The notes: generated by a model from the letters alone, not told the origin. A DNA stretch of 59,271 nt from an uncultured Bacteroides sp. (GCA_944322365.1 CALUOW010000001.1:1-59271), one strand, 5' to 3'. Positions 21,235 to 35,325 are shown, numbered from the stretch's first letter. A program made the numbers and translations.

Positions 21235-22136
21235 GTGTAAATATTGGTGAATTACAAATGAAAAATCCCGTGATGACAGCTTCCGGGACATTTGGTTATG
21301 GCGAAGAGTTTGCTGACTTCATGGATATAGCGCGAATAGGCGGTATCATTGTGAAGGGTACTACTCTTCACAAACGTGAAGGAAATCCTTATCCGCGTAT
21401 GGCAGAGACTCCATCCGGAATGTTAAACGCTGTGGGCCTGCAAAATAAGGGCGTACATTACTTTGTGGAGCAGATTTATCCGCGTATCAAAGACATCAAA
21501 ACCAATATGATTGTCAATGTATCCGGTTCGACCATCGAAGACTATGCGGAAACGGCCTCCATTATCAACGAGCTTGTAAATATCCCTGCTATTGAATTAA
21601 ATATATCCTGTCCTAATGTGAAGCAAGGCGGCATGGCTTTCGGCATCACGGCCAAGGGAGCGGAAGAGGTAGTCAGCGCCGTACGTAAAGTATATAAGAA
21701 AACGCTTATTGTGAAATTATCGCCCAACGTAACAGATATTACAGAGATTGCCCGTGCAGCCGAATCCGGTGGAGCGGACAGTGTCTCGCTGATTAACACA
21801 CTGTTAGGTATGGCCATTGATGCTGAACGAAAGCGTCCGGTTCTTTCCACAATAACAGGGGGGATGTCCGGGGCAGCCGTAAAGCCCATTGCTTTGCGTA
21901 TGGTGTGGCAAGTGGCTAAAGCAGTAAAAATACCCGTCATCGGATTAGGAGGAATCATGAACTGGAAAGATGCTGTCGAATTTATGTTGGCCGGTGCCAC
22001 AGCTATCCAAATCGGCACGGCAAACTTCATAGATCCTACCGTTACCCTCAAGATAGCCGAAGGCATCAACGATTACTTGGAAAGACACGGATGCAAGTCT
22101 GTGCGCGAGATTATTGGTGCGCTTGAGGTTGATTGA
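21222..22136 (+). CDS. pyrD: Dihydroorotate dehydrogenase family 1B catalytic subunit
   Basis: [25 protein letters not shown]. Confidence 0.95.
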   Translation: MADLSVNIGELQMKNPVMTASGTFGYGEEFADFMDIARIGGIIVKGTTLHKREGNPYPRMAETPSGMLNAVGLQNKGVHYFVEQIYPRIKDIKTNMIVNVSGSTIEDYAETASIINELVNIPAIELNISCPNVKQGGMAFGITAKGAEEVVSAVRKVYKKTLIVKLSPNVTDITEIARAAESGGADSVSLINTLLGMAIDAERKRPVLSTITGGMSGAAVKPIALRMVWQVAKAVKIPVIGLGGIMNWKDAVEFMLAGATAIQIGTANFIDPTVTLKIAEGINDYLERHGCKSVREIIGALEVD

Positions 22137-22175
22137 ATAACAAATATAAGCCATTCGCCATTAATTTGCATAAAT

Positions 22176-22205
22176 AAGGACATCTTGCAAAAGATGTCCT
22201 TTTCT
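22176..22205. terminator. Terminator between convergent pyrD and trmD
   Basis: AAGGACATCTT-GCAA-AAGATGTCCTT then T-run. Confidence 0.8.
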
Positions 22206-22224
22206 CTTTATTTACATCAGAGAT

Positions 22225-22902
22225 CTATTCGCCTAAAAGATCCGGACGCAATCGACGGGTGCGCTCTAAAGACTGTTGCAGTTCCCATTCCTTAATTTTA
22301 GCCTCATGTCCTGAAAGTAAAATATCAGGAACCTTCCACCCTTTATAATCCGCAGGGCGGGTATAGACGGGAGCAGCCAGCAAATTGTCTTGGAAGGAAT
22401 CAGAAAGGGCGGATTGTTCATCGGAAATCACACCAGGAATAATCCTTACAACCGCATCGGATATAACGGCTGCGGCAAGTTCTCCTCCGGTTAATACGTA
22501 GTCGCCAATACTGATTTCTTTGGTGATGAAATGTTCGCGAATCCGATAGTCGATTCCCTTGAAATGTCCGCATAGGATAATGAGGTTTTGGGCAAGGGAT
22601 AGAGTGTTGGCCATGGGTTGGTCAAACTGCTCTCCATCGGGTGTAGTGAAGATGATTTCATCATATTCCCTTTCGGCTTTCAGGGCGTTGATGCAATTCT
22701 CAATCGGTTCGATCTTCATGACCATGCCTGCAAATCCACCGAACGGATAATCATCCACCCGGCGGTGCTTGTCTTTCGTATAATCCCGCAGGTTGTGAAT
22801 GTGTATTTCGGCAAGGCCTTTATTTTGGGCACGCTTCATGATGGAGCAATTGAAGAAACCTTCCAGCATTTCGGGAAGGACGGTGATAATGTCGATGCGC
22901 AT
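22225..22902 (-). CDS. trmD: tRNA (guanine37-N1)-methyltransferase
   Basis: [30 protein letters not shown]. Confidence 0.96.
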   Translation of the reverse strand: MRIDIITVLPEMLEGFFNCSIMKRAQNKGLAEIHIHNLRDYTKDKHRRVDDYPFGGFAGMVMKIEPIENCINALKAEREYDEIIFTTPDGEQFDQPMANTLSLAQNLIILCGHFKGIDYRIREHFITKEISIGDYVLTGGELAAAVISDAVVRIIPGVISDEQSALSDSFQDNLLAAPVYTRPADYKGWKVPDILLSGHEAKIKEWELQQSLERTRRLRPDLLGE

Positions 22903-22991
22903 ATCTTCTTCTTTCTATAATTTTGGGCGCAAAAATACAAATATTCGAGGAGAAACCCGTATTTTTGCGGAAAGTATTGGCACGTGGATGA

Positions 22992-25031
<2,040 letters not shown>

Positions 25032-25127
25032 AAATATTTAGCTTTTTTCCAACGCGAAAGAGGTTTAAAAAGAAAAAAAGTCGTACTTTTGCGAGACTTT
25101 TAATAATAGATTATATTTAAGACACCT

Positions 25128-26021
25128 ATGATACGAACTCGGTTGAAAGGAATGGGAGTGGCCTTGATTACTCCCTTCAAGGAAGATGAAAGCGTGGATT
25201 ACGACGCACTGATGCGATTGGTCGATTACCAAGTGCAAAATAACACGGACTTCCTCTGCGTGTTGGGCACTACGGCCGAAACGCCGACATTGACGGAAGA
25301 CGAGAAGCTAAAGATACAACAGATGGTCGTCGAACGTGTGAACGGACGGATACCAATCTTACTAGGCGTAAGCGGCAACAATACACGAGCCGTAGTAAAC
25401 ACCTTGAAGACCAATGACTTTACCGGAGTAGATGCCATACTTTCCGTGGTGCCATATTACAACAAGCCCTCGCAAGAAGGCATTTACCAACACTATAAGG
25501 CTATTGCCGAATCCACCGATTTGCCTCTCGTGCTCTATAACGTGCCGGGGCGAACAGGAGTAAATATGACTGCCGAAACCACCTTGCGCATTGCCAATGA
25601 CTTCAAAAACGTGATAGCCGTGAAAGAAGCCTCAGGCAATATTACCCAGATGGACGACATTATCAAGAATAAACCTTCTACGTTTGATGTCATATCGGGT
25701 GATGACGGCATTACTTTCCCGCTCATTACATTAGGAGCCGTAGGAGTCATCTCGGTCATAGGAAACGCCTTTCCGCGCGAATTCAGCCGCATGGTGCGCC
25801 TCGCTTTGCAAGGAGACTATGCTAATGCACTGACTATCCACCATAAATTTGCCGAGCTTTTTAAGCTACTTTTCGTAGATGGAAATCCGGCAGGTGTCAA
25901 AGCCATGCTCAATGTCATGGGAATGGTGGAAAACAAACTCCGTCTCCCGTTGGTTCCTACACGCATCACCACCTTTGAAGCCATGCGCCGTATTCTGAAT
26001 GAACTAAATATCAAATGCTAA
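25128..26021 (+). CDS. dapA: 4-hydroxy-tetrahydrodipicolinate synthase
   Basis: GTTAE, YNVPGRT, KEASG, SGDD. Confidence 0.95.
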   Translation: MIRTRLKGMGVALITPFKEDESVDYDALMRLVDYQVQNNTDFLCVLGTTAETPTLTEDEKLKIQQMVVERVNGRIPILLGVSGNNTRAVVNTLKTNDFTGVDAILSVVPYYNKPSQEGIYQHYKAIAESTDLPLVLYNVPGRTGVNMTAETTLRIANDFKNVIAVKEASGNITQMDDIIKNKPSTFDVISGDDGITFPLITLGAVGVISVIGNAFPREFSRMVRLALQGDYANALTIHHKFAELFKLLFVDGNPAGVKAMLNVMGMVENKLRLPLVPTRITTFEAMRRILNELNIKC

Positions 26022-26052
26022 AACAAAAAAATTATTAACCCATTAAATCCAT

Positions 26053-26331
26053 ATGAATATGAGAGCAATTACGTTCAATGAACTTCGTAAGATCAAAGAT
26101 TCGTTGCCCGATGGCAGCATGCATAGAATAGCCGACGAACTAGGCATGGAGGTCGATACCGTACGCAATTTCTTTGGTGGCCATAATTTCAAAGATGGCA
26201 AAAGCGTAGGCATCCATTTAGAGCCAGGACCAGATGGAGGTTTAGTTATGATAGACGATACCACAGTATTGGACTTGGCACTTAAGATCCTAGACGAAGA
26301 AGCTAATGGCGCTGGGAAGGAAGAAGCATAA
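26053..26331 (+). CDS. Small HTH-like DNA-binding protein of unknown function
   Basis: MHRIADELGMEVDTVRNFF resembles an HTH; own terminator follows. Confidence 0.75.
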   Translation: MNMRAITFNELRKIKDSLPDGSMHRIADELGMEVDTVRNFFGGHNFKDGKSVGIHLEPGPDGGLVMIDDTTVLDLALKILDEEANGAGKEEA

Positions 26332-26353
26332 ATTGATTGTGAAGATTATTTTG

Positions 26354-26397
26354 AAGCAGGGCAGGCAAAAAAGGAAGATTGCCTACCTGCTTTTTTT
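26354..26397 (+). terminator. Terminator of the dapA-HTH unit
   Basis: GCAGG.CAGGCAA / TTGCCTACCTGC stem plus seven T. Confidence 0.75.
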
Positions 26398-26430
26398 GAT
26401 AGTAGGGGAAACTATTCTTTCAATTTAAAT

Positions 26431-26458
26431 ATTAAACATAATATTGATTATTTCTAGA
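26431..26458 (-). other. Candidate dif (XerC/XerD) site
   Basis: Minus strand TCTAGAAATAA-TCAATA-TTATGTTTAAT; 11-6-11 layout, right arm 10/11 identical to the canonical XerD arm TTATGTTAAAT. Confidence 0.6.
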
Positions 26459-26486
26459 TGAATAGCATAAGAATTTATTCCTACTA

Positions 26487-26533
26487 GAAAACAAAGACGG
26501 ATAACAAGTCTTGCAAACTTCGCTATCCGTCTT
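26487..26533 (-). terminator. Terminator of the gyrA-TPR unit
   Basis: AAGACGGATA (26494-26503) / TATCCGTCTT (26524-26533), T-rich tail on minus. Confidence 0.7.
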
Positions 26534-26561
26534 CTTACATATAGAATAAATCTCAGCTATA

Positions 26562-27779
26562 TTACATACCCATCATCTTTTCGATTTCTTCATATTCAGG
26601 TCCCATCTGCAAGTTGTAGTAAACGCGATACAAACCGTTCATCCACAAATCTTTCTGATCGGGCTTCAATTCACGAGCCTTCTCGTAGTAAGGTTTAGCT
26701 TGTTCATAGAAAGATTTAAGCGTTGCCATATCTTCGTTATACTTGGGGTCGTTCATGTCGCTGGTAGCCTTGCTAGAAAAATCTTGAGCTTTGAGGCAAT
26801 AAATCAAGCCAATATTGGAATAAGCCTCGGCATAGTTGGGGTCGATTTCAATGGTTTTCTTATAATATGTAAGGGCGTTGTCATAATCCTCCATATTGTG
26901 ATAGAGATAACCTTTTACGTATTGGTTGAAGGCATTATTCGGGTCTTTGGCAATCATTTGGTCTGCGAAAGCCATAGCCTCGTCAAACTTTTTGCTATTG
27001 CTGTAATAATCAATCAAATTGCCAAAGAAGAAAGGATAGTCAGGATACTTCTGCACGCCTTCCTGAAGAGATGCAATCCACTGAACGGTATCGCCTTCAG
27101 CTTTCAATGCTGTAGAAACGAATTCCATGGCATATTTGCCTACTTCCTTGTCGTCCTTGGCTACGGGAGCATACTTCAATACGCTGGCATAATCTTCCAT
27201 TTTCATAGCTGCCAAGCTGGCATAGTAAGCGATTTGAGGCATCAGTGTATCGCCTCTTACTATTTCATTATCAGCAAACATGGGATGGTTCGCAATATCC
27301 ACATAGGTGGCAAAGTACTCCAACGCTTCCTTATTCTTGTCCTCGTTAAAGAATTGGATACCACCGTTAATCAAGTTGCCACGTTCTGCCAAGATGGCTG
27401 CAGAATTGGGCTTGCGGTATTTGTTCTTGATTTTGCCTTTTTCGTTGGGGATTTGGGCCAGTTCATCGCACTTGAAGTAATATTTGCACATGTTCAGCGC
27501 GCTCTTATATACTTGCAGGGTGTCATACGGCTTGCGGAGGTAAGCATTTTCCATTTCCTTCTCGCTCCGTCTCTTTTGGATAAAACCGGCCACATTCCAT
27601 GTCTCGGCTTGATCTTTTGTTTCGGGGTTGGTCATGGCCCCATTAATCAACTCTTCAGCCTTGGCAAAGTCCGGAGTAACGGCGCTGGCTGCTTTCTTGG
27701 CTTCCTTTACGGCTTTCTCTTGGGCGAACGTGAAACTGGCCGCCAATAACAAAACCACTGAAAATACAACTTTTTTCAT
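26562..27779 (-). CDS. Exported TPR protein
   Basis: Signal peptide MKKVVFSVVLLLAASFTFAQ; TPR repeats (ALTYYKKTIEIDPNYAEAYSNIG). Confidence 0.88.
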   Translation of the reverse strand: MKKVVFSVVLLLAASFTFAQEKAVKEAKKAASAVTPDFAKAEELINGAMTNPETKDQAETWNVAGFIQKRRSEKEMENAYLRKPYDTLQVYKSALNMCKYYFKCDELAQIPNEKGKIKNKYRKPNSAAILAERGNLINGGIQFFNEDKNKEALEYFATYVDIANHPMFADNEIVRGDTLMPQIAYYASLAAMKMEDYASVLKYAPVAKDDKEVGKYAMEFVSTALKAEGDTVQWIASLQEGVQKYPDYPFFFGNLIDYYSNSKKFDEAMAFADQMIAKDPNNAFNQYVKGYLYHNMEDYDNALTYYKKTIEIDPNYAEAYSNIGLIYCLKAQDFSSKATSDMNDPKYNEDMATLKSFYEQAKPYYEKARELKPDQKDLWMNGLYRVYYNLQMGPEYEEIEKMMGM

Positions 27780-27813
27780 GATTGTAATGAAATTAAAAGA
27801 TTAATAATGGTGT

Positions 27814-30312
27814 CTATTCATTGTCATTCTCTATTATTTCTGCTTCCCCGATGCTTTCATCCATAGCTTCGGAGTTCACTTTGCAGACGGATCCAATTTC
27901 GTCGTTGCGCTTCTCCAAGTTAATGAGGCGCACGCCTTGCGTAGCACGTCCCATGACGCGCACATCGGCTACCTTGAGGCGGATGGTGATACCGGATTTG
28001 TTGATAATCATCAGGTCGTTGTCGTCAGTGACAGACTTGATAGCCACCAGATGTCCCGTTTTGTCGGTGATCTGCATGGTCTTCACGCCTTTGCCTCCAC
28101 GGTTGGTGATGCGGTAGTCTTCCACTTCCGAACGTTTGCCATAGCCTTGTTCGGACACTACCATGATGGTTTCCGTCTCGGGGTCTTTGATGCAAATCAT
28201 GCCCACTACTTCGTCTTGTCCGTCCTCGTCGAGGGTCATGCCGCGCACGCCGGTAGCGGTACGTCCCATTTCGCGCACAGCACTTTCGTGGAAGCGGATG
28301 GCGCGCCCGTTGCGGTTGGCTATGATGATTTCATTGTTGCCATTGGTCATGCGCACTTCGATTACGCGGTCGTCCTCGCGGATGGTAATGGCGTTCACGC
28401 CGTTTTGGCGCGGACGAGAGTATTGCTCCAGCAAGGTTTTCTTAATGACGCCTTTCTTGGTGCAGAAGAGGACATAGTGCGAGTTGATGAAATCCGGGTC
28501 GTTGAGGTTCTTGACGCGCAAGTAAGCATTGACGGCATCGTCCGCATCGATATTCAGCAGATTTTGGATGGCACGTCCTTTGGCGTTTTTGGCGCCTTCG
28601 GGAATTTCGTAAACTTTGAGCCAATAGCACTTGCCTTTTTGCGTAAAGAACATCATCGTGTTGTGCATCGTGGCAGGATAGATATGCTCCACAAAGTCTT
28701 GGTCGCGCGTGTCGCTTCCCTTCGACCCTACCCCGCCCCGGTTTTGGGCATGAAATTCGCTCAGGGGCGTTCGTTTGATATATCCCAGGTGCGAGATGGT
28801 GATAATCATCTCGTCGTCGGCATAGAAGTCTTCAGGATTGAATTCCTCGGACGAATAGACGATTTCCGAACGGCGTTCGTCGCCATATTTCTGCTTCACC
28901 TCCAAGAGTTCGTCTTTGATGACCTTGCGGCAAAGTTCGTCGTTGGCCAGGATTTCCTCCAAGTAGGCTATTTGTTTCTTGATTTCCTCATATTCGGCAT
29001 GGAGCTGTTCTTGCTGGAGGCCGGTGAGTTGGCGGAGGCGCATCTCGACGATGGCGCGTGCCTGTACTTCGGTCAGTTGGAATCGCTCCATGAGGCCGTT
29101 GATGGCATCGTTGGGCGTTTGCGAAGCACGGATGATGCGGATAACTTCGTCGATATTGTCCGAGGCGATGATAAGTCCCTCGAGGATATGGGCGCGTTCC
29201 TTGGCCTTGCGCAGGTCGAAGCGCGTGCGGCGGATGACCACATCGTGCCGGTGCTCCACAAAGTAACGGACAAGGTCTTTGAGGTTGAGCAGGCGGGGAC
29301 GTCCGTGCACCAAAGCTACGTTATTGACGCTGAACGACGTCTGCAACTGGGTCATCTTATAGAGCTTGTTCAGCACCACGCTGGCATTGGCGTCGCGCTT
29401 CACGTCGATGACGATGCGCATGCCCTCGCGGTCGCTCTCGTCGTTGGCGTTGGATATGCCGTCAATTTTCTTCTCGTTGGCCAGGTTGGCGATGTCGCGA
29501 ATCAATTCGGCCTTGTTCACGCCATAAGGGATTTCTGTCACCACGATTTTATCGTGTGTCTGCCCTGCCTCAATTTCGGCCTTGGCACGCATGATGACGC
29601 GTCCGCGTCCTGTCAGGTAGGCTTCGCGCACGCCGCTCATGCCATAGATATATCCGCCCGTAGGGAAATCCGGCGCCTTGACATATTCCATCAATTCCTC
29701 AATGCTGATATCCGGATTGTCGATATAGGCCGCGCAGGCGTCGATAACTTCCGAGAGGTTGTGCGTAGGCATATTGGTGGCCATGCCCACGGCAATGCCG
29801 GATGCGCCGTTCACCAGCAGGTTGGGGATGCGCGTAGGCATCACGGTGGGTTCCTGCAAGGTGTCGTCGAAGTTGTTCATCATGTCCACCGTTTCCTTGT
29901 CGATGTCCTGCATCATGTCTTCGCCAATCTTGCGCAAGCGGCATTCAGTGTATCGCATGGCCGCAGGGCTGTCGCCGTCCACCGAACCATAGTTGCCCTG
30001 GCCGTCGATGAGCATGTAGCGCATAGACCAAGGTTGCGCCAAGCGCACCAAGGCGCCGTAGACGGACGAGTCTCCGTGCGGGTGATACTTACCCAACACC
30101 TCGCCCACTACTCTGGCTGATTTTTTATAGGGTTTGTCGGACGTGTTTCCCAACCCCATCATGCCATATAGGATACGGCGGTGCACGGGTTTGAAACCGT
30201 CACGCACATCGGGAAGGGCGCGCGACACGATAACCGACATGGAGTAGTCAATGTACGACGACTTCATCTCCTCCTCGATGTTTACTTTTATAATCCTGTC
30301 TTGTTCAAGCAT
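27814..30312 (-). CDS. gyrA: DNA gyrase subunit A
   Basis: [15 protein letters not shown] catalytic Tyr, QNRGGVG GyrA box. Confidence 0.97.
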   Translation of the reverse strand: MLEQDRIIKVNIEEEMKSSYIDYSMSVIVSRALPDVRDGFKPVHRRILYGMMGLGNTSDKPYKKSARVVGEVLGKYHPHGDSSVYGALVRLAQPWSMRYMLIDGQGNYGSVDGDSPAAMRYTECRLRKIGEDMMQDIDKETVDMMNNFDDTLQEPTVMPTRIPNLLVNGASGIAVGMATNMPTHNLSEVIDACAAYIDNPDISIEELMEYVKAPDFPTGGYIYGMSGVREAYLTGRGRVIMRAKAEIEAGQTHDKIVVTEIPYGVNKAELIRDIANLANEKKIDGISNANDESDREGMRIVIDVKRDANASVVLNKLYKMTQLQTSFSVNNVALVHGRPRLLNLKDLVRYFVEHRHDVVIRRTRFDLRKAKERAHILEGLIIASDNIDEVIRIIRASQTPNDAINGLMERFQLTEVQARAIVEMRLRQLTGLQQEQLHAEYEEIKKQIAYLEEILANDELCRKVIKDELLEVKQKYGDERRSEIVYSSEEFNPEDFYADDEMIITISHLGYIKRTPLSEFHAQNRGGVGSKGSDTRDQDFVEHIYPATMHNTMMFFTQKGKCYWLKVYEIPEGAKNAKGRAIQNLLNIDADDAVNAYLRVKNLNDPDFINSHYVLFCTKKGVIKKTLLEQYSRPRQNGVNAITIREDDRVIEVRMTNGNNEIIIANRNGRAIRFHESAVREMGRTATGVRGMTLDEDGQDEVVGMICIKDPETETIMVVSEQGYGKRSEVEDYRITNRGGKGVKTMQITDKTGHLVAIKSVTDDNDLMIINKSGITIRLKVADVRVMGRATQGVRLINLEKRNDEIGSVCKVNSEAMDESIGEAEIIENDNE

Positions 30313-30427
30313 TTACAATTCAATGATTAATTAATAATGTGTGGTTTTCCTAAAAACCACGCTAAGGTAAGGCTTTTTTCTGACATACGGAAATTTTCAG
30401 GGAAAAAAGTCATATCGGGAGGGATTG

Positions 30428-30506
30428 AACACGCTGAACTCGTGCGCCTGACACGCTGAACTCGTGTCCGCGACAATCCGAACTCGTGTCTGCGGCTCGT
30501 CCAAAC
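30428..30506. repeat. 22-bp-period palindrome array (array D)
   Basis: GAACTCGTG at 30436, 30458, 30480; central unit GACACG-CTGAACT-CGTGTC. Confidence 0.85.
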
Positions 30507-30646
30507 ATAGATTGGCACAATGTTTGTAGGAGAAAAAGCGAATATAATTGATTAATTGGCGGCAAATGATGCAGAACCAAAAAATATGCTTATCTTTGCC
30601 CCAAGATAACCCCAATAACTAGGAAGAAAAGGAGAAAACAGTGCAC

Positions 30647-33166
30647 ATGGACAAGCAATTTTCACAACGACTCTCGGACATCATTACATATAGCAAACAA
30701 GAAGCCAACCGGCTGAGAAGCAGGGCCATCGGTCCCGAACATCTCTTGCTGGGCCTCTTGCGCGAAGGCTCGGGCAAGGCCAACGACGTGCTGGCGCGCT
30801 TGGGCGTAGATACCCGTCTGCTGAAACAACGCATCGAGAACTACCTGGAAATCCAGGCGGACAACTCATTGCGCCCGGACGGAGACGTGCCTTTGTCGCC
30901 CGTCACGTCGCGGATCCTAAAGATTTGCATGCTCGAAGCCCGGTTGCTCAAAAGCCCGGAGGCGGATGCCGAACACATGTTGCTGGCTATCCTGAAAGAT
31001 GGGGATAATCTGGCTGCCAGCGTATTAGAAGAGACGGGAGCCGACTATCAGAGCGTGTTCGACCTCGTGTCGAAGAAATCGGCCAACCCCACTGCCGGCA
31101 TGGGCTTCCCCGACGAAGATGAAGACGAAGACGAGATGGACAACATGGCCCGGCGCCAGCAACCCCGGCAAGGAGGCAACGCCCAAACCGCCACCCGCAA
31201 GCCGGGCAACGACACGCCCGCACTGGACGCTTTTGGCACCGACATGACTCGTGCCGCAGCCGAGGGACGGCTGGATCCTGTGGTGGGGCGCGAACGCGAA
31301 ATTGAGCGCGTGGCCCAAATCTTGAGCCGCAGAAAGAAGAATAACCCCGTACTCATCGGCGAACCGGGCGTGGGAAAGAGCGCCATCGTCGAGGGACTGG
31401 CCTTGCGCATCACGCAGAAAAAGGTATCGCGCGTGCTCTTCGACAAGCGCGTGGTCATGCTGGACATGGCCGCCGTAGTGGCCGGCACCAAGTATCGCGG
31501 CCAGTTTGAAGAACGCCTCCGCTCCATCATCAACGAGTTGCAACAGAATCCTCATATCATCCTTTTCATCGACGAAATTCACACCATTGTGGGCGCAGGC
31601 GCGGCAGCCGGCTCCATGGATGCCGCCAACATGCTGAAACCCGCCTTGGCGCGCGGCGAAATCCAGTGCATTGGCGCCACCACCCTCGATGAATACAGGA
31701 AAAATATCGAGAAGGACGGCGCCTTGGAGCGTCGTTTCCAGAAGATTATCGTAGAACCTACCACGGCCGACGAGACGCTGCAAATCCTGCGCAACATCAA
31801 AGACAAGTACGAGGACCATCACAACGTCGTCTACACGGACGAGGCTTTGGAGGCGTGTGTCAAATTGACAGACCGATACATCACCGACCGCAACTTCCCG
31901 GACAAGGCCATCGACGCTTTGGACGAAGCCGGGTCGCGCGTGCACCTGACAAACATCAGCGTCCCCAAAGAAATAGAAGAACAAGAAAAGCAGATAGAGG
32001 AAGCCCGCCGACTGAAAGCCGACGCGGTGAAATCACAGAATTTTGAATTGGCCGCCAGCTATCGCGATCGCGAAAAAGAATTATCCTCCAGCTTGGAAAA
32101 GATGAAAGCCGACTGGGAAACCAGCCTGAAAGAAGCACGCCAGACGGTGGGCGAAGAAGAGATTGCCCGGGTCGTATCCATGATGTCGGGCGTGCCCGTG
32201 CAACGCATGGCGCAAGCCGAAGGTGTCAAATTGGCAGGAATGAAAGACACGCTGAAGGGGCAAGTCATCGGCCAAGACGCCGCCATCGACAAGGTAGTAA
32301 AGGCCATCCTCCGAAGCCGCGTAGGCTTGAAAGACCCCAACCGTCCTATCGGCACCTTCATGTTCTTAGGCCCGACAGGCGTGGGCAAGACGCACCTGGC
32401 CAAGCAATTGGCGCGCTATATGTTCGGGACAGACGATGCCCTGATACGCATCGACATGAGCGAATATATGGAGAAGTACACCGTATCGCGCATGATAGGC
32501 GCCGCGCCGGGTTATGTAGGATATGAAGAAGGCGGCCAGTTGACCGAAAAAGTGCGCCGACGCCCCTACTCCATCGTCCTGCTGGATGAGATTGAGAAGG
32601 CGCATCCCGATGTCTTCAACATTCTCTTGCAAGTGCTGGACGAAGGGCGGTTGACGGACAACACGGGGCGTACCATCGACTTCAAGAACACGGTAATCAT
32701 CCTGACTTCCAACATCGGCACGCGCCAACTGAAGGACTTCGGTCGCGGCGTGGGCTTTGCAGCGCAAAACCGGGGAGCAGACGACAAGGAATACTCGCGC
32801 GGCGTCATCCAAAAGGCGCTGAACAAGAGTTTCTCGCCCGAATTTCTCAACCGTCTGGACGAGATTATCACCTTCGACCAACTCTCGCTCGACTCTATCG
32901 TGCGCATCGTGGATATTGAACTGAAGGGTCTTTACGGACGTCTCGAAACCGCCGGCTATAAATTGGAGGTAGACGAAGAAGCCAAGAAATTCCTGGCTGC
33001 AAAAGGATACGACGTCCAATATGGCGCCCGCCCCCTGAAGCGTGCCATCCAGACATACGTGGAAGACAGCTTGTCCGAACTTATCGTCTCCGGCGAGGTG
33101 GCAGAGGGCGATACGCTCCTTGTTTCCGCAGGCAAGGAGGCACTGGATATCCGCAAGAAAGAATAA
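30647..33166 (+). CDS. clpC: ATP-dependent Clp protease ATP-binding subunit
   Basis: Clp-N repeats, GEPGVGKS and GPTGVGKT Walker A motifs, UVR-type middle domain; TATCTTTG promoter at 30592. Confidence 0.93.
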   Translation: MDKQFSQRLSDIITYSKQEANRLRSRAIGPEHLLLGLLREGSGKANDVLARLGVDTRLLKQRIENYLEIQADNSLRPDGDVPLSPVTSRILKICMLEARLLKSPEADAEHMLLAILKDGDNLAASVLEETGADYQSVFDLVSKKSANPTAGMGFPDEDEDEDEMDNMARRQQPRQGGNAQTATRKPGNDTPALDAFGTDMTRAAAEGRLDPVVGREREIERVAQILSRRKKNNPVLIGEPGVGKSAIVEGLALRITQKKVSRVLFDKRVVMLDMAAVVAGTKYRGQFEERLRSIINELQQNPHIILFIDEIHTIVGAGAAAGSMDAANMLKPALARGEIQCIGATTLDEYRKNIEKDGALERRFQKIIVEPTTADETLQILRNIKDKYEDHHNVVYTDEALEACVKLTDRYITDRNFPDKAIDALDEAGSRVHLTNISVPKEIEEQEKQIEEARRLKADAVKSQNFELAASYRDREKELSSSLEKMKADWETSLKEARQTVGEEEIARVVSMMSGVPVQRMAQAEGVKLAGMKDTLKGQVIGQDAAIDKVVKAILRSRVGLKDPNRPIGTFMFLGPTGVGKTHLAKQLARYMFGTDDALIRIDMSEYMEKYTVSRMIGAAPGYVGYEEGGQLTEKVRRRPYSIVLLDEIEKAHPDVFNILLQVLDEGRLTDNTGRTIDFKNTVIILTSNIGTRQLKDFGRGVGFAAQNRGADDKEYSRGVIQKALNKSFSPEFLNRLDEIITFDQLSLDSIVRIVDIELKGLYGRLETAGYKLEVDEEAKKFLAAKGYDVQYGARPLKRAIQTYVEDSLSELIVSGEVAEGDTLLVSAGKEALDIRKKE

Positions 33167-33197
33167 TCCGATACAAATTTTGACATATCTATGTGAC

Positions 33198-33231
33198 AAG
33201 GTGTCAGTTCGTGAGGACTGGCACCTTTTTT
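33198..33231 (+). terminator. clpC terminator
   Basis: AAGGTGTCAGT / ACTGGCACCTT plus T-run. Confidence 0.75.
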
Positions 33232-33276
33232 GTTGAAGAAAGCAGAGAAATAAAGAATTTAATCAAATATACAGAT

Positions 33277-35325
33277 ATGCAAAAAGGAAACATTGGGGTA
33301 ACTACAGAAAACATATTCCCCGTCATCAAGAAATTCTTGTATAGCGACCACGAAATATTCCTTCGTGAGTTGGTGTCCAACGCCGTAGATGCCACACAAA
33401 AGTTGAAGACCCTTGCTTCGATGGGCGACTTCCAAGGCGAATTGGGCGACTTGACCATTCATGTATCAGTGGACAAAGACACCATCACCGTGTCCGACCG
33501 TGGTTTAGGCCTGACTGCCGAGGAAATAGACAAGTATATCAACCAAATAGCTTTCTCCGGCGCCAACGACTTCTTGGAGAAATACAAGAACGATGCCAAT
33601 GCCATCATCGGACACTTCGGTTTAGGTTTCTATTCGGCCTTTATGGTGGCCAAAAAGGTGGAAATCGTCACTAAATCCTATAAAGAAGGCGCGCAAGCCG
33701 TGAAATGGACGTGCGACGGAAGTCCTGAATTCACCTTGGAAGATGCCGACCGCACCGACCGGGGCACGGACATCATCCTTTATGTAGACGATGATTGCAA
33801 GGAATTCCTCGAAGAATCGCGCATCTCCGCCCTCTTGAAGAAGTATTGCAGCTTCCTTCCTGTCCCTGTTGCTTTCGGCAAGAAGAAAGAATGGAAAGAC
33901 GGCAAGCAAGTGGATACAGACGAGGATAACATCATCAACGACACCACCCCGCTTTGGACAAAGAAACCCAGCGAACTGAAGGATGAAGACTACCAGAAGT
34001 TCTATCGCGACCTCTATCCCATGGCCGACGAACCTCTCTTCTGGATTCACCTGAACGTGGATTATCCTTTCCACTTGACGGGTGTGCTCTATTTCCCGAA
34101 AGTGAAGAGCAACATCGAGTTGACCAAGAACAAAATCCAGCTTTATTGCAACCAAGTGTATGTGACAGATTCCGTCGAAGGCATCGTGCCCGACTTCCTC
34201 ACCCTGCTTCATGGCGTCTTGGATTCTCCGGACATCCCGCTGAACGTATCGCGCTCTTATCTGCAAAGCGATGCCAACGTGAAGAAAATCTCCACCTACA
34301 TCACCAAGAAGGTGGCCGACCGCCTGCAATCCATCTTCAAGAACGACCGTAAACAATTCGAAGAAAAGTGGGACGACTTGAAGATTTTCATTGACTACGG
34401 CATGTTGACACAGGAAGATTTTTATGAGCGGGCCAAAGACTTCGCCTTGCTGGAAGATACCGACAAGAAATATTATACCTTTGATGAATACAAAACGCTC
34501 ATCAAGGATAACCAGACGGATAAAGAAGGCGCCCTGATCTACCTCTATGCCAACAACAAGGAAGAACAATACAGCTACATAGAAGCCGCCAAAGCCAAGG
34601 GTTACAACGTCTTGCTGATGGACGGGCAATTGGATGTTGCCGTAGTAAGCATGTTGGAGCAAAAGTTGGAGAAATGCCGCTTCACCCGTGTGGATAGCGA
34701 CGTGGTGGATAACCTCATCGTAAAAGAAGACAAGAAAGGCGACACATTGGAAGCCGGCAAGCAAGAAATTCTTTCCGTCATGTTCAAGAGCCAACTGCCT
34801 TCAATGGACAAGAAAGAATTCCATATCAGCGCCGAAGCCTTGGGCGAGAATGCCTTCCCTGTCATGATTACCCAAAGCGAATACATGCGCCGCATGAAGG
34901 AGATGTCCAACATCCAATCCGGCATGAGCTTCTATGGCGAAATGCCCGATATGTTCAACCTCGTCCTGAATTCGGATCACAAACTGATAAAGGAAGTCTT
35001 GGAAGGAGAAAACACCGAATGCGAAGCCACGATTGCCCCCATCCAAAAGGATATGGACGAGGCCGATGCACGACGCAAAGAATTGCACAAGGCAGAAGAA
35101 GGCAAAAAGGCAGATGAAATCCCTGTTGCAGAAAGAGATGAGTTGAAAGAACTCGACCAAAAATGGAACGACCTGAAGCAACAAAAAGACAATATCCTGA
35201 CGAATTATGCTTCGAGCAACAAGGTCATCCGCCAACTTATCGACTTGGCTTTGCTTCAAAACGGCATGCTGAAGGGCGAAGCGCTGAACAACTTCCTGAA
35301 ACGAAGCGTGGAGTTGATTGGTTGA
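33277..35325 (+). CDS. htpG: Hsp90 chaperone
   Basis: FLRELVSNAVDA, IGHFGLGFYSAF, PLNVSR; start MQKGNIG. Confidence 0.96.
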   Translation: MQKGNIGVTTENIFPVIKKFLYSDHEIFLRELVSNAVDATQKLKTLASMGDFQGELGDLTIHVSVDKDTITVSDRGLGLTAEEIDKYINQIAFSGANDFLEKYKNDANAIIGHFGLGFYSAFMVAKKVEIVTKSYKEGAQAVKWTCDGSPEFTLEDADRTDRGTDIILYVDDDCKEFLEESRISALLKKYCSFLPVPVAFGKKKEWKDGKQVDTDEDNIINDTTPLWTKKPSELKDEDYQKFYRDLYPMADEPLFWIHLNVDYPFHLTGVLYFPKVKSNIELTKNKIQLYCNQVYVTDSVEGIVPDFLTLLHGVLDSPDIPLNVSRSYLQSDANVKKISTYITKKVADRLQSIFKNDRKQFEEKWDDLKIFIDYGMLTQEDFYERAKDFALLEDTDKKYYTFDEYKTLIKDNQTDKEGALIYLYANNKEEQYSYIEAAKAKGYNVLLMDGQLDVAVVSMLEQKLEKCRFTRVDSDVVDNLIVKEDKKGDTLEAGKQEILSVMFKSQLPSMDKKEFHISAEALGENAFPVMITQSEYMRRMKEMSNIQSGMSFYGEMPDMFNLVLNSDHKLIKEVLEGENTECEATIAPIQKDMDEADARRKELHKAEEGKKADEIPVAERDELKELDQKWNDLKQQKDNILTNYASSNKVIRQLIDLALLQNGMLKGEALNNFLKRSVELIG

